Below, piece by piece: positions 24,886-36,720 of a stretch of 64,000 bases of DNA. Position 1 is the first letter of the stretch; every line of letters begins with the position of its first letter. The notes under the pieces are model-generated. The model saw nothing but the letters and a program-made list of their open reading frames with translations. It had not been told where the DNA came from and did not search any database. The position numbers were made by a program, and so were the translations under genes. This stretch comes from Camelus ferus. Taxonomy: Eukaryota. The stretch lies in contig NC_045697.1 of NCBI RefSeq assembly GCF_009834535.1, positions 71,922,001 to 71,986,000 on the forward strand, written 5' to 3'.

Positions 24886-27800
24886 GAGGGGGAAGGTCCA
24901 GATGGTACAGTAGGACGACACTGGGTTCACCTCCCCTCATGAACATATGAAATACTACAACTACATACATAGCAACTCTCACTAAAATCAACCTGGGGAC
25001 TAGCAGAACAGCTCTTCTACAACCAAGGCTGTAAAGAAAGATCTGTATGGAGCAAGGGAGGAGAAGCAATCCGGTCACGACTCACACCCTTGCCGGGGGA
25101 CCCAGAAGAGGAGGCTGCTGTCATAGGCTTGGGCATCCTTTCTTGGGAGCAAGAGGTTCGAGCCACACATCAGGCAGCCCAGCCCTGGGGTCTGACGCTG
25201 GGAAGACGAGCCCCACTAGCTGGTTTGAAAAGCAGCAGGGCTTACCAGGGACTGTAAGAAACTAAGACTCTACTCTTGAAGACCGCACACACAGACTGGC
25301 TTACTCCTCATCACAGAGCAGAGGCAGGAGACTGAAAAGCACCTGGGACCCTGGCTGACTTGCCAGCACTGTGCCAGTGCAGCCCCCAGCTCACATAGGG
25401 CTCCTGTTCCAGCTTCTGTAGCACCAGTGCTGCACCCCACTAAGGCAGAGACGGCCATGGCCAGCAAAAGTGCACACGTGGAGAGAACAGAGCCAGCTTG
25501 GACCCTGGCTCTGCCTCTGATCACAATGGAGGCAGCCATTGCTAGGGTGCATGTCCTTGTGCACAGTTAGGAGGAGCAAAATTAGCTCCAGGGCGGAGGC
25601 TACCATGGCAGGTGAGTGCCTCGCTGTGCACATTTGGAAGGAGTGAAGCAACCCCTCTGGCTCCGACCTAGCCTCTAACTAAGGCATGCACACTGGGAGG
25701 GAAAAGTGAAACCAGAACAGTAGTGCAGCCCCAAAACCTCAGACCCTGGCAATGCCTCCAAACCAAGGCAGAGACTTCCATCACACCCAGGAGAAACCCA
25801 GCTTCCTCAGAGCCCCTGCCCAGCTCCTCAGAAAACTGCTGAGCAGAGGAAGGAGAAGCCCCAGCTAGCACCTAACTCTGGCTCTGGCCCCTCTATTTCC
25901 AACCCTACCTCCCACCAAGGCAGGAGCTGCCAGCAGACCCTGGGCTCACTTCAAGTCTAGCCCTTGCACCGAAGCCACTAGGTACACAGACTGCACAGGG
26001 AAACTCCCACACGAGGACATGAATTCAAGGCCAGGATAGGTTAACTGTCTCACCTAATTTCACAGAAACAGAGAAAGTTAAATAAAATGAGGAGACAGAG
26101 GAATATGTTTCAAACAAATGAACAAGAAAAAAAAACAGTTACACAGAAGTAAATAATTTACTTGATAAAGAGTTCAAAGCAGTAGTAAAAAGAATGCTAA
26201 CCGAACTTGAGAAAACAATAAACACAGTGAGAATTTAAGCAAAAAGACTAGAAAATACAAAATAGAACCAGTCAGAGCTGAAGAACAAAGTAACTGAAAT
26301 GAAAAATACATTAGAAGGAATTAACAGCAGATTAGATGATACAGGACATATAAGTGATCTGGAAGACAGAATAATGGAAATCACCCAATCAGAATAGCAA
26401 AAAGAAAAACAAATTTTAATAAAATGAGAATAGTTTTGGGACAACTTCAAAAGTACTAACATTTGCATAATAGAGGTTCAAGAAGAAGAAAAGGAGAAAA
26501 TGCATATGATGAAATTATGGCTGAAGAATTTCCAAACTTGAAGAAGGAAACAGATACCAAGGTACAGGAAGCACAGAGAGCCTCAAAAAAGATGAACCCA
26601 AAGAGGCCCACACCGAAACATATCATAGTTAAAATGACAAAAATTAAGGGTAAAGAGAGGATTTTAAAGTCAGCAAGGGAAAACAAAAAGCCACATACAA
26701 AGGAACCCCCACAAGGCTATGTTCTGCAGAAACATTGCAGGCCAGAAAAGCGTGGCATGAGATATTTACAGTGATGGAAGGGAAAAACCTACCACCTAAG
26801 ATACTCTACCCAGCAAGGTTATCATTCAGAATCGAATGAGAGAGACAGAGCTTCTCAGACAAGCTAAAACTCAAAGAATTCATCAATTCTGAACTGACCT
26901 TACAAGAAGTGTTAAAGGCTCTTCTCTAAGTGAAAAAGAAAAGGCTACAAGAAATAAGAAATTACAGGAAGGAAGAAATTCCACTGGTAAAGGGAAATAC
27001 ACAGTAAAGGCTGTGGTTCAGCTACTTAAGCTAGTGTGAAGGATAAGAGAAAACAATTGTAAAATCAAATATAACTACAGTGAACAGTTAAGGGATGGAC
27101 ATGGGGATGTGCAGTATGACATCAGATAGACCAGAGCATGGGATGTCTTTCCGTTTGAGTGTATGATCTTCAATTTCCTTCATCAATGTTGCACAGTTTT
27201 CAGAATCTAGGTCTCTCAACTCTGATTAACTTTATTCCTGGGCATTTTATTATTTTTGATGCAATTGTAAAGGTGATTATTTTCTTGCTTTCTCTTTCTG
27301 TTAGTTCATTAGCAGCGTATACAAAAGGACCAGATGATACACATAAATGGAAAGATATTCTATGCTCTTGGGTTGGAAGAATTCATATTGTTAAAATGTC
27401 CATACTACCCAAAGCAATCTACAGATTTAGTGCAATCCTTATCAAAATACTCATGACTTGTTTACAGAACTAGAAAAAATAGTTCTAAAATTTGTATGGA
27501 AATAATAAAAAAAAAAAACCACCAAAATAGCTAAAGCAAGCTCGTAATTAAAACAACATGGAACTGACACAAAAACAGATACATCGATCAGTGGAACAGA
27601 ATAGAGAATTCAGAAATAAACCCACACCCATATGGTCAATGAATCTACAACAAAGGAGGAAAAATATACAATGTGGGAAAGACAGTCTCTTCAATAAGTG
27701 GTGTTGGGAAAACTGGAAAGCTACATGTAAAAGAATGAAATTGGAACATCTTCTCACATGATATACAAAAATAAACTGAAAATGGACTGAAGAACTAAGT

Positions 27801-29057
27801 GTAAATCCAGAAACCATAAAACTCCTAGAAGACAACATAAGCAGTACACTCTTTGACATGTCTTAGCAATATTTTTTTTACATTTGTCTCCTTAAGCAAG
27901 GGAAACAAAAGTAAAACTTAACAAATAGGACCTAGTTAAACTTAAAAGCTTTTTGACAGCAAAGGAAACCATCAACAAAATAAAAGACAACCTACTGAAT
28001 GGGAGAAGATATTTCTAAATGATAAGTCTGCTAAGGGGTCACTATTCAAATTTATACAGTGTATGCAACTTAATATTCTAAAAAAGAAACCCCAACAACC
28101 CAAGTAAAACTGGGCAGAAGAACTGAATAGACATTTTGCCAAAGAAGACATACAGATGGCCAACAGGCACATGCAAGGGAGCTCAACATCATTAATTATC
28201 AGGGAGATGAAAATTAAAACCACAATGAGATATTACCTCACATTTGTCAGAATGGCTATCATCAAAAAGACCACAAATTATAAATGTCAGCAAAGATGTG
28301 GAGAAAAGGGAACACTTATGCAATGTTGGTGGGAATAAAAATTTGTATAGTCACTGTGGAAAACAGTATGCAGTTTCCTCAAAAACTTTAAAAAAAGAAC
28401 TACAATATAAGCCAGCAATTCCACTCCTGGGTATACATCTGAAGAAAATAAAAACACTAATTGGAAAAGATAGATGCACCCCAATGTTCACCACAGCATT
28501 TTTTACAATAGCCAAAATATGAAAACAACCTGAGTGCCATAAACAGATAAATGCATAAAGAAGATGTAAGATAGATAGATAGAAATAGAGATGCATGCTG
28601 GAATATTACTCAACCATAAAAAATCATGAAATGTTGCCATTTGTAATAACATAGGTATACCTGAAGGGTATTATTCTTAGTGAAGTAAACCAGACAGAGA
28701 AAGACAAATTTGTATTTTTCACTTACATATAGAAGCTATAAAATAAAACAAATGAGTGAATATAATAAAGCAGAAACAGACTCATAGACAACAAATTAGA
28801 GGTTACCCATGGGGATGGGATGAGAGGAGGAGCAAGATAGGGGAAGGGAATTGAAGGGGACAAACTACTAAGTATAAAATAAATAAGATATGAGGATATA
28901 ATGTACAGCACAGGGAATATAGCCAATATTTTATAACTTTAAATGGAGTATAATCTATAAAAATACCAAAATCACTGTTATAAACCTGAAACTATAACAC
29001 TGTAATTCAATGACACTTCAATTTTTAAAAATTGCTTTGAGCATTAAAAAAAAAGAA
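24886..29057 (+). mobile_element. Rearranged L1: 5' UTR, decayed ORF1, deleted and partly inverted ORF2, 3' UTR
   Basis: ORF1 remnant 26087-26929 (EIMAEEFPNLKKE...NPKRPTPKHIIVKM). ORF2 C-terminal remnants ([22 protein letters not shown]). TSD tgaatcccag at 24876-24885 and 29058-29067. Confidence 0.92.
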
Positions 29058-30659
29058 TGAATCCCAGATCCTGCATATACTTTCAGACAAATCACAGTTT
29101 CTTTGGGGTTTACTCTCTTCATCTGAATATTTTTTCTCCCTTGTACTGTGCAGAGTTAATATGACAATGAAATAATAATAGATATAGAGAAAACCTGATG
29201 AACACAAAGTTCTGTACAATTATTATTATTAGTGTAACACTGAACCATATTTCTTCCATCAGAGGCAGTATAGGAAAGGAAAAAATATCTGTAGCATTTT
29301 GAGTAATGTGTGTCTGAAAATCACAAAGAAATGGGAAATTATCAAAGAATTAAAATCAAAGCAATGTTGTCTGTCAGGCAAGGTCAAGATGACGATTAAG
29401 TCATTGCATGAATCCATCTGAATCTAGGCAGGGATCCCAGTAATCTTAAGTACCTATTATAAAACAATATTTTAAGTGAAAGTATCATTTAAGCATTCAT
29501 CTTATAAAGTGATATCAGTAATATTCCTGCTACATATATATACTTTCAAAGAATGCAAATTTAGTGTAATAGTGAAACCTTAAAAATACCCTCCATTAAA
29601 GTTTTTTGTAAATATTAATAGCTCTATGGTATTGTTACCATGAAATAGAAACAATTTGTTATCCTTAAGTGAAATTCAGAGAATGAAGAAGCTTTTAAAA
29701 TACTACAAGTTGAATGTCTACTGTATACCAGATATATATATTATGCAAGGTTACTTTTAATCCTGTGAGATAGAAATTATTATCCCTGCTTTCTAGATGA
29801 GGAAACTGCGGTTCAGAAAAGTATAACCAAGTTCACATAATAAGTAGGTATCAGAGGTAGGAATTCCAAAGTCATTCCCTCTTCAACACATCTGCTATTT
29901 CTACAATTAAAAAAAAAAAACTAAATAATTGAAAATTAATTAACTAAAAAACAACTGTAGAGAAATGTTTTTAATGATATAAGATCAAATCTAAAAGTTT
30001 AAGTACCTGAAATAAGCTCACAGTAAATTTTTAATGAGGAAATATTTCTATAGTTACCCCAGAAATTAGTTTTTCTAATTACATACACAGGAGAAATTTC
30101 AAAAGGAAAATTACTTTTAACAGACGAACCACTTAGTAAGCGGCAGTGTTAAGACATACATGAAAGAAATAAAAAACTTAGAATTTAAAATAGTAGAAGC
30201 ACTTATTGGCTAATATTGATTGATTGATTGATTGACAACAGACCAGCCCAAAAAAAAAAAAAAAGTGGTATATTTAATAAAAGGTTCTCTACTCAAAATT
30301 ACCTATTTTTATCCTGATCTTGAAATAGCAATGGCAGGTTCTACATTTTAAAACCAGGTTAAAGGATGATCTAGTTTCTTTGTATCCTCTGAGTGCTTTT
30401 TAAGAAAGTTTTTTACTTTCACTAGTTCTGTGAGGATAGCTTACTAATCATTCATTGCAGTTTGACAAACCACTCAAGGAAGACACTTCCCATTCTTTAT
30501 TCGTCAGCAGAAAAATACCACCTTCAAAAATCCCTTTCCCTCCATTCACCACCATTTCTGCAATAAATGAGTAAATGAGATTCCATACCAACATCCCAGG
30601 GCAGAAATCCCAAGCTGTCGTCAGGAAGTCATTCAAGCCCATGACCCACGATGCAAGTG

Positions 30660-31240
30660 GAAGCAGGGCAGCCAATCAGGACTCCCGCCTGGAAATCAGG
30701 GGCTGGAGAGCTTCTGCGGCGAGCTTCTGTGGCTTCCCCTAAATCCATATCCCGTCTCCCATTGGAGGGGTGAGTTAGTTTAGCTCCTTAGAGGCCCAGG
30801 GAAGCCACATGAAGATGAGGGGGTCCTAGGAATCTTAACCCCCTCAGCAAAAGGCAGGGGCCCCAGTTCCCGTGCGGGGACAGCTGGCATCGCGACACGG
30901 CTGGACGGGACAGAGAGTTCCCCAGCGCCAGCTCTCGCACCCCCGCCCGCCTGCACGTCAGGAGATCGCCCTCTGACTTCCCGGACCTAGTGGCGTTAGG
31001 CACTTCCTTTTCTCTCTTCCTCTTGGAGATCACTTCCAACCTCTCAACTCACCGAAGCTTCTCTCCGCCAAAGCGGAGCAGGGAAACGGCTACGCTTCCT
31101 CGGTTCTAGAGGTCCCAGGGCCAAAGCTAACTCCAAAAAATGATGAGTCAGAGCACGGGCCTGGGACCGCTGCCCTCCTGCGCTGCGGCGGCTGGGAAGC
31201 GCTGACAAGCAGGGAACATACAACGATGAAAAACTGGTCT
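30660..31240. promoter_or_regulatory. CpG-rich, GC-rich promoter/enhancer-like island
   Basis: Roughly 30 CpGs by eye in about 580 bp. AGCCAATCAG, GC boxes, CACGTCA, several ACTTCC, TGAGTCA at 31144-31150. Confidence 0.6.
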
Positions 31241-31444
31241 GTCTGGTTTTTCTCATAAAATTTAGCTATCTAAACGCTCCTACTGTGATAACACCCTTCC
31301 TTCTGGTTTCACAGAAGCAGGGAGTCTGGTGGGGGCCGGGGTAGGTGGTGTGTGCAGAAAATGGTTTAGCCCTCTGTTCCTCTTCAGTGTGTGTGGGTGT
31401 GTGTGGAAAGAACCGTGAGTGTGACATCCACCCTCCCCACAGTG

Positions 31445-32107
31445 TTTAGTTGTACAACACAGTATTGTTAACCCTGGGTGCAACGTTGTCGGGCAGATCT
31501 CTAGAATTTACTCTGCTTGCTTAACTGAAAGTTTACGCCCGTTGGTGATCAAATCTCTATTTCCCCCTCCTCCCGGCTCCTGGCAACCACCATTCCACTC
31601 CTGGATTCTATGATTTTCACTATTTTAGATGCCTGTAGATAAGACACTTTAGATAAATGGAATCATGCAGAAGCCAAAGGCAACAAGTGTTGACAAGCAT
31701 GTGGAGAAACTGGGGCCTCTGTAAACTGTTGTTAGAACACAAAATGGTGTGGCCACTGTGGAAAACAGTATGTAATTTCTTCAAAAAATTAAAAATAGAA
31801 CTACTATGATCTAGCCCTCCCATTTCTAGGTACTTATGCAGAAGTATTGAAGTCAGAACCTTGAAGAGCTATTAATGCTGCCATGTTCACAGCAGCATTA
31901 TTCACTGTAGCCAAGTTACGGAAACAACCTAAATGTCCATTAATGGGTGATTGGATAAAGACAATGTGCTATACAATGAATGAAATATTATTCAGCCTTA
32001 AAAACTGAAAGAAATTCTGCAATATGTGACAACACGAATGGACCTGGAGGACATTATGCTAAGTGAAGTAATCCTGTCATGATAGATGAATGCTGCACGA
32101 TCCCTTT
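31445..32107. mobile_element. L1MA-type 3' fragment with internal inversion
   Basis: Antisense 3' UTR to about 31670 (...tggaatcatgcag), then sense ORF2 end (tgtggagaaa...tgctgcacgatccc). Confidence 0.8.
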
Positions 32108-32444
32108 TGAGTTGAGACACACAGAGACATCTGGGGGACCAGTGGAGTAGCGTGCCCAGCAGGCAGAGTTGGACATCAGAATTTGGATTACAACAGTGGT
32201 CACCGAGGAGGGCTGAATCAGTTAGTTTGCTTTAATTGCTAGTAATCGAAAGCAACTCAAAAGGGTTTGCATGACTAGGAAAAGTGATTATTACATATGT
32301 CAAGAAGTCCCAAGGAAGTGGGACTCCCAGGAGGAGCTCTGTTGGTTAAACTGCTACGGATGTCATTCTCGACCACAGTTCCATGTTTTACCTTGCGTCC
32401 TCAGCACATCGCATTTGTCCTCATGTTATTCCTCTCAAGATGGC

Positions 32445-32856
32445 TGCTTTCGTTTGCTAGGGCTGCCATACAAAGTGCCACAGACCAGGGGCTTAAGCAA
32501 CAGAAGCGTGTGGTCTTACAGTTCTCGAGTCTAGAAGTCCAAGATCAAGGTGTGCATAGCGTTAGCCCTTTCTAAGGGCTGTGAAGGAAAGCCTGTGTCA
32601 CGCCTCTTTCCTAGCTTCTGGGGGTTTGATGGCAATCTTTGGCATTCCTTTGCTTGTAGAGGCATCACCCCAATCTCTGCCTTCCTTTTTTCATGGTGTT
32701 CTTCCTGTGTGCGTATCTGTGTCCAAAATTCCCCTTTTCATAACAACACTAGTCCCAGCAGATTAGGAATCTGCTAGGGATTTTAGAGACACTAGGGATT
32801 AGGATTCCAACATAGCTTTTTTTTTAAGGGGGGAGGACCCAATTCAATTCATAACA
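32445..32856 (-). mobile_element. MLT1C-like MaLR LTR nested in an older MLT1
   Basis: ctagggctgccatacaaagtgccacagac...aattcaattcataaca. Flanks 32215-33060 look like an older MLT1. Confidence 0.8.
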
Positions 32857-34980
32857 GTAGCAAAACAGCTGTTCCAGACATCACAGCTACACACAATGTC
32901 TCAAGGAAGCAGAGGGTACCTCTTCCCTCTTCCTCACTCCTTTTGAAAAACTTCCAGCACACACATTGTCCTACCTCAGAGGTCAGAAACTGTGTCATGT
33001 GCCTCACCAATCACTACTGAAGCGGCTGGAATTGCAGGAATTTGGAGGTGAAATGCTCCAGAGAGTTCAATTATGACCTGGACTGATAAAGAGAAGAAAT
33101 GTTGCAAGATACTAAGCACATCCATTATTATGCTCTCCAAAATTTTTCTGTCCTCCAAGTTGTGAGGTTTTCTTCTTTCTTTCAGTTGCATTTGTTAATT
33201 GTCTTAGAATAAATGTTCACTGAAGAAAATTGAAACTATTAAAAACAGCAAATTTTGAATGATTCTTATCCCACCAACTGAGATTTCTTCTTCTAAAACA
33301 CTAGTGTATGCATATTTATTGAAGAAAATGTTAATATTTCACAAAGAGCCAATTTAAAGTAGTTCATAACCCCACAAACAGAGAAACCCCCTACTGATGC
33401 ACTAGAAAATTATCTTTCTCATCTGTATCTATTATACACACATCTGTATAAAGAAAAATTGGGGTTGTAGAGGGCATACTGCTAAGTAGCCTGTTTTGTT
33501 GTTGGGTTTTTTTTTCAGTTTATGGTGATTTAATCATTTACATTGCCTTTCTTACTGTATTAGAAGTAATTGTATTATCTGGAACATCTCACCTCTCACA
33601 TATTTATACTCCACAGTGGTGTAAATGATACCAAAATGTATGCATTTGGTATCAAGGGATATTTATTAAATAGACACAGTGTAAATAATACCAGTGTGTT
33701 GATACCAGAAGTATCATTCTGATGACCCCAAAAGCAACATTTAGCACCATTAATTGCAGAAGTGTTCCATGTTGAGTTAAGTCACAGAAGGAAGTTCTTG
33801 GAAGGGAGAAAGGGTCTAATCAGAAAGGAATTAGACATATTCATCAAAACCAAAGTCAAATAATCAAAAGTAACCTCCTCTGTGAAGAACTGCCTGATCG
33901 ATTCCCACTCCAATCTAAAGAGAATTCCCCCACTTGTGCTCAATTACTATTTGCCTGAATGTCTGTCTGTCTGTCTGTGTTTCTGTCTAACACCCATGAT
34001 TTGTGAGATCATTGAATTTTATGTGACTGTTCCCCCATGATCCTCCTGAGATCAGACATGAGCTGATACACCTTTGCATCCTCTGGGCCTGACATCAGTA
34101 GACATCAAATATGTTTTATTGAACAAATGAATGAATTCATTCATTCACAGGAGAACAAGCTCAGAATTCTTTTTTCTCATTCCCTGCAATGGTCTATCTT
34201 ATTTTTTTTAAAGAGTTTAAGTTTGAATGGTTAATTTTTTAAATATTATTTGTTTAAAAAAAGTGACATGTAATTATTCAAACACTAACCTAGATATTAT
34301 GCTTATGTACTAGTGATGTATATGCCTAAAAAAGCCAGGTGTCTGTAAAAATCAAGTAATAACTTGACAGCCAGGTGATGGTTGCTAAGAAACTGCATTT
34401 TTCTGTGAATACATAGTGTATGAAGTATGGCCTAGATTCATATCCTACATAAAACATCTTCCTGGGAGTTATCTAAAAAGTCTGATTTTGCATGGCTTGT
34501 CAAGGCATGTAAGTTACTCTTTCTGCTCTCCTGCTTCTGCTATTAAAAATGTTTTTATACATAGAACATTATTTCAACATCGTTATCTGTTCTGGACCCT
34601 AGGTTGTTTAGATTGCATAGTGAGATCCTCTTTAGCTCCAAAGCTTTTCAGTGGCATCAAATGTTACCCTCCCTTTTAGTCACCACTGAGGGACAATCGC
34701 CATTTCTGAGGTACTAGCAGGGCTAAACACAAAAATTAAAACATCTACAATGTTTCTATATTCCAAAGTGAAATAAAAATGAATCTCAGATGACCTGCAA
34801 GTTTTGAAAGACTTTTGAGCACCTCTAGTGGCACATTATGGAGATTTTGCTACACTCTGCCCAAAATAGGAAGTTGATCCCCAAACTTTGACGTGGGGGA
34901 GGGGGAGCGGGTCCAAAAAGTGTACTAAATTTAAGAGCTAGAAATTGTGTTTAAAATTAAAATCTCAGTATTTAACTGCT

Positions 34981-35460
34981 GTATCAGTTAGAAAGCCTTC
35001 GTGTGCAAGTAACAGAAACTCAAATACAATTATCTAAAGCCAAAAGAAGAAAGGTCTTATTGAGATCTTGGAATAACTTGGATAACTCACAAAATTAAAG
35101 GAATTGCAGGAAAAAACAGAAACATACTGAGGATGTCAGAGACTTCAACCGTGGACGACAATAACTCTCTCTCTCCACCTCAGTCTTCACCCGTATCATC
35201 ATCTACTTCTCTGTGAGCGTCAGTCTCCTTTTTCTCAGGTTTCTCCTCATGCCGAAGGTGTGACCACCGGCAGCTCTGGAGTCCCTGGAGAGCTCTGGCT
35301 CTTCCCCTCCAGTGTGGGAAGTTCTGTGGAAAGACTGTGATTGGTCCAGCCAGGTGATGTGCCCAGCTCCTTGCACAGACCTCCACAGCCACTAGGGGGC
35401 GGAGCAGCCAGTTTCTAAGAGGAAGAGTGAGGCGGTTACAGGCAGAAGGGCGGAGTCAAG
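34981..35460 (-). mobile_element. Old MLT1 (J/K-like) LTR
   Basis: gtatcagttag...tgcaagtaacagaaactcaa start and tgattggtccagc...gtgccc body. Confidence 0.6.
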
Positions 35461-36479
35461 GTGAGCAGGAAAACTAACAGACGTCCATTACTCCGAACTT
35501 GTCGGCAATGGCTTTACTCGCACTTTCACCAGTTTTGTCCCTGCATAGGTGGAGGGCCACTCAACTCTTACTTTATAAACGTGTCTCTAATATTCACTAT
35601 TCTAAAATGTTTTGAACGGTTTTCACCTTCAGACCCCAAGAGATCACTACGGTGGTTCAGGTGAGTGTTCTCACGTGTCCTTCTATAATATGCTCATGTA
35701 AAATTCTGAGGTTCAGTTTTTGCAAATGAAAAGACTTTAATTGAAAGCAAGGGTGGAGAAAGGGGAAAGATGCCTATGACGTACCTTCCCAACAGTTTCT
35801 AAGATTTCTAAAATCAGGGTTTCCACGTTCGTTAACAACCCCGCATTTAATTACAAGAATAATAACAGTAAGGCTAACAAATAGGATGACTCCCAAAGGA
35901 AAAACATCATCTATTCACAGATGTCTGCTGCGAACAGGAGGAGCCTCCGAGCTCTAAGATGATAAGCTGGGTCCCTACTTTCCTCAACTGAATATGCCGC
36001 ATAGTAGTTAAGAGTACATTTTAAGTGAGGGAGTATGATACATCTACATGGGGGAAAAAAATCTCAATAAATCACAAACTGTTTATTCAGTAAGCATGTA
36101 GAGAAATATCTTTCCCATCTAGAATCTGTACTGTTTGTCTTCGTTTAAAAAGAAATGATGTTTAAGGAAGTGGTGCCCCACGGATAGGCACAATCTTTTA
36201 TCTATTTAAAAGGTATTCATCTGCCAGGAATATAAGCCTTCTTCTTAGCTAGTCTCTCAAAGCATCCTAGATATTCTTCCCTGTTGTAACAGTTACTCAC
36301 ACAAGTTAATCAAACCCAGTTCCATCCTGTTAACCAAGAACATTTAGTGCGTATTTTCCCATCATCTTTAATTCCTACAAATTTTCAGTTTGCTTTCAAA
36401 TGGTAATAACTTTCCTTCCATTGACCCACTTTAGTGTTTTACTTTTTCCACCAAATTCACGGTAAGACGCCTTCTGCTG

Positions 36480-36720
36480 ATCAGCCCCACTCACAAGAAA
36501 AACAACGGGCCACTCAACCTAGAACAAGGTGAGACGGGTCCATTTATTCACAAAGGATCTCATTATAAAAAATGCAGATGGGACTTGAGGAAACCATGGC
36601 ATGGAACCAGGGCAAACTGCAGCAGAGCTGTTACTACCCCAGGCCAAGGGAACAGAGAGAGGGTGATGACCAGAAGCAAAGGAAAGGATCCAGCAACTGT
36701 TGCTTAGATGAGCTTGGCAC
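36480..36720 (-). mobile_element. LTR33-like ERVL LTR fragment
   Basis: Similar in reverse orientation to the LTR at 53300-53742 (gctgttactaccccaggcc..agggagaggg). Confidence 0.45.

Noticed and set aside
34817..34833. CCACTAGAGGTGCTC (minus) CTCF-like motif
   Set aside because: Mismatches the invariant GGC part of the core.
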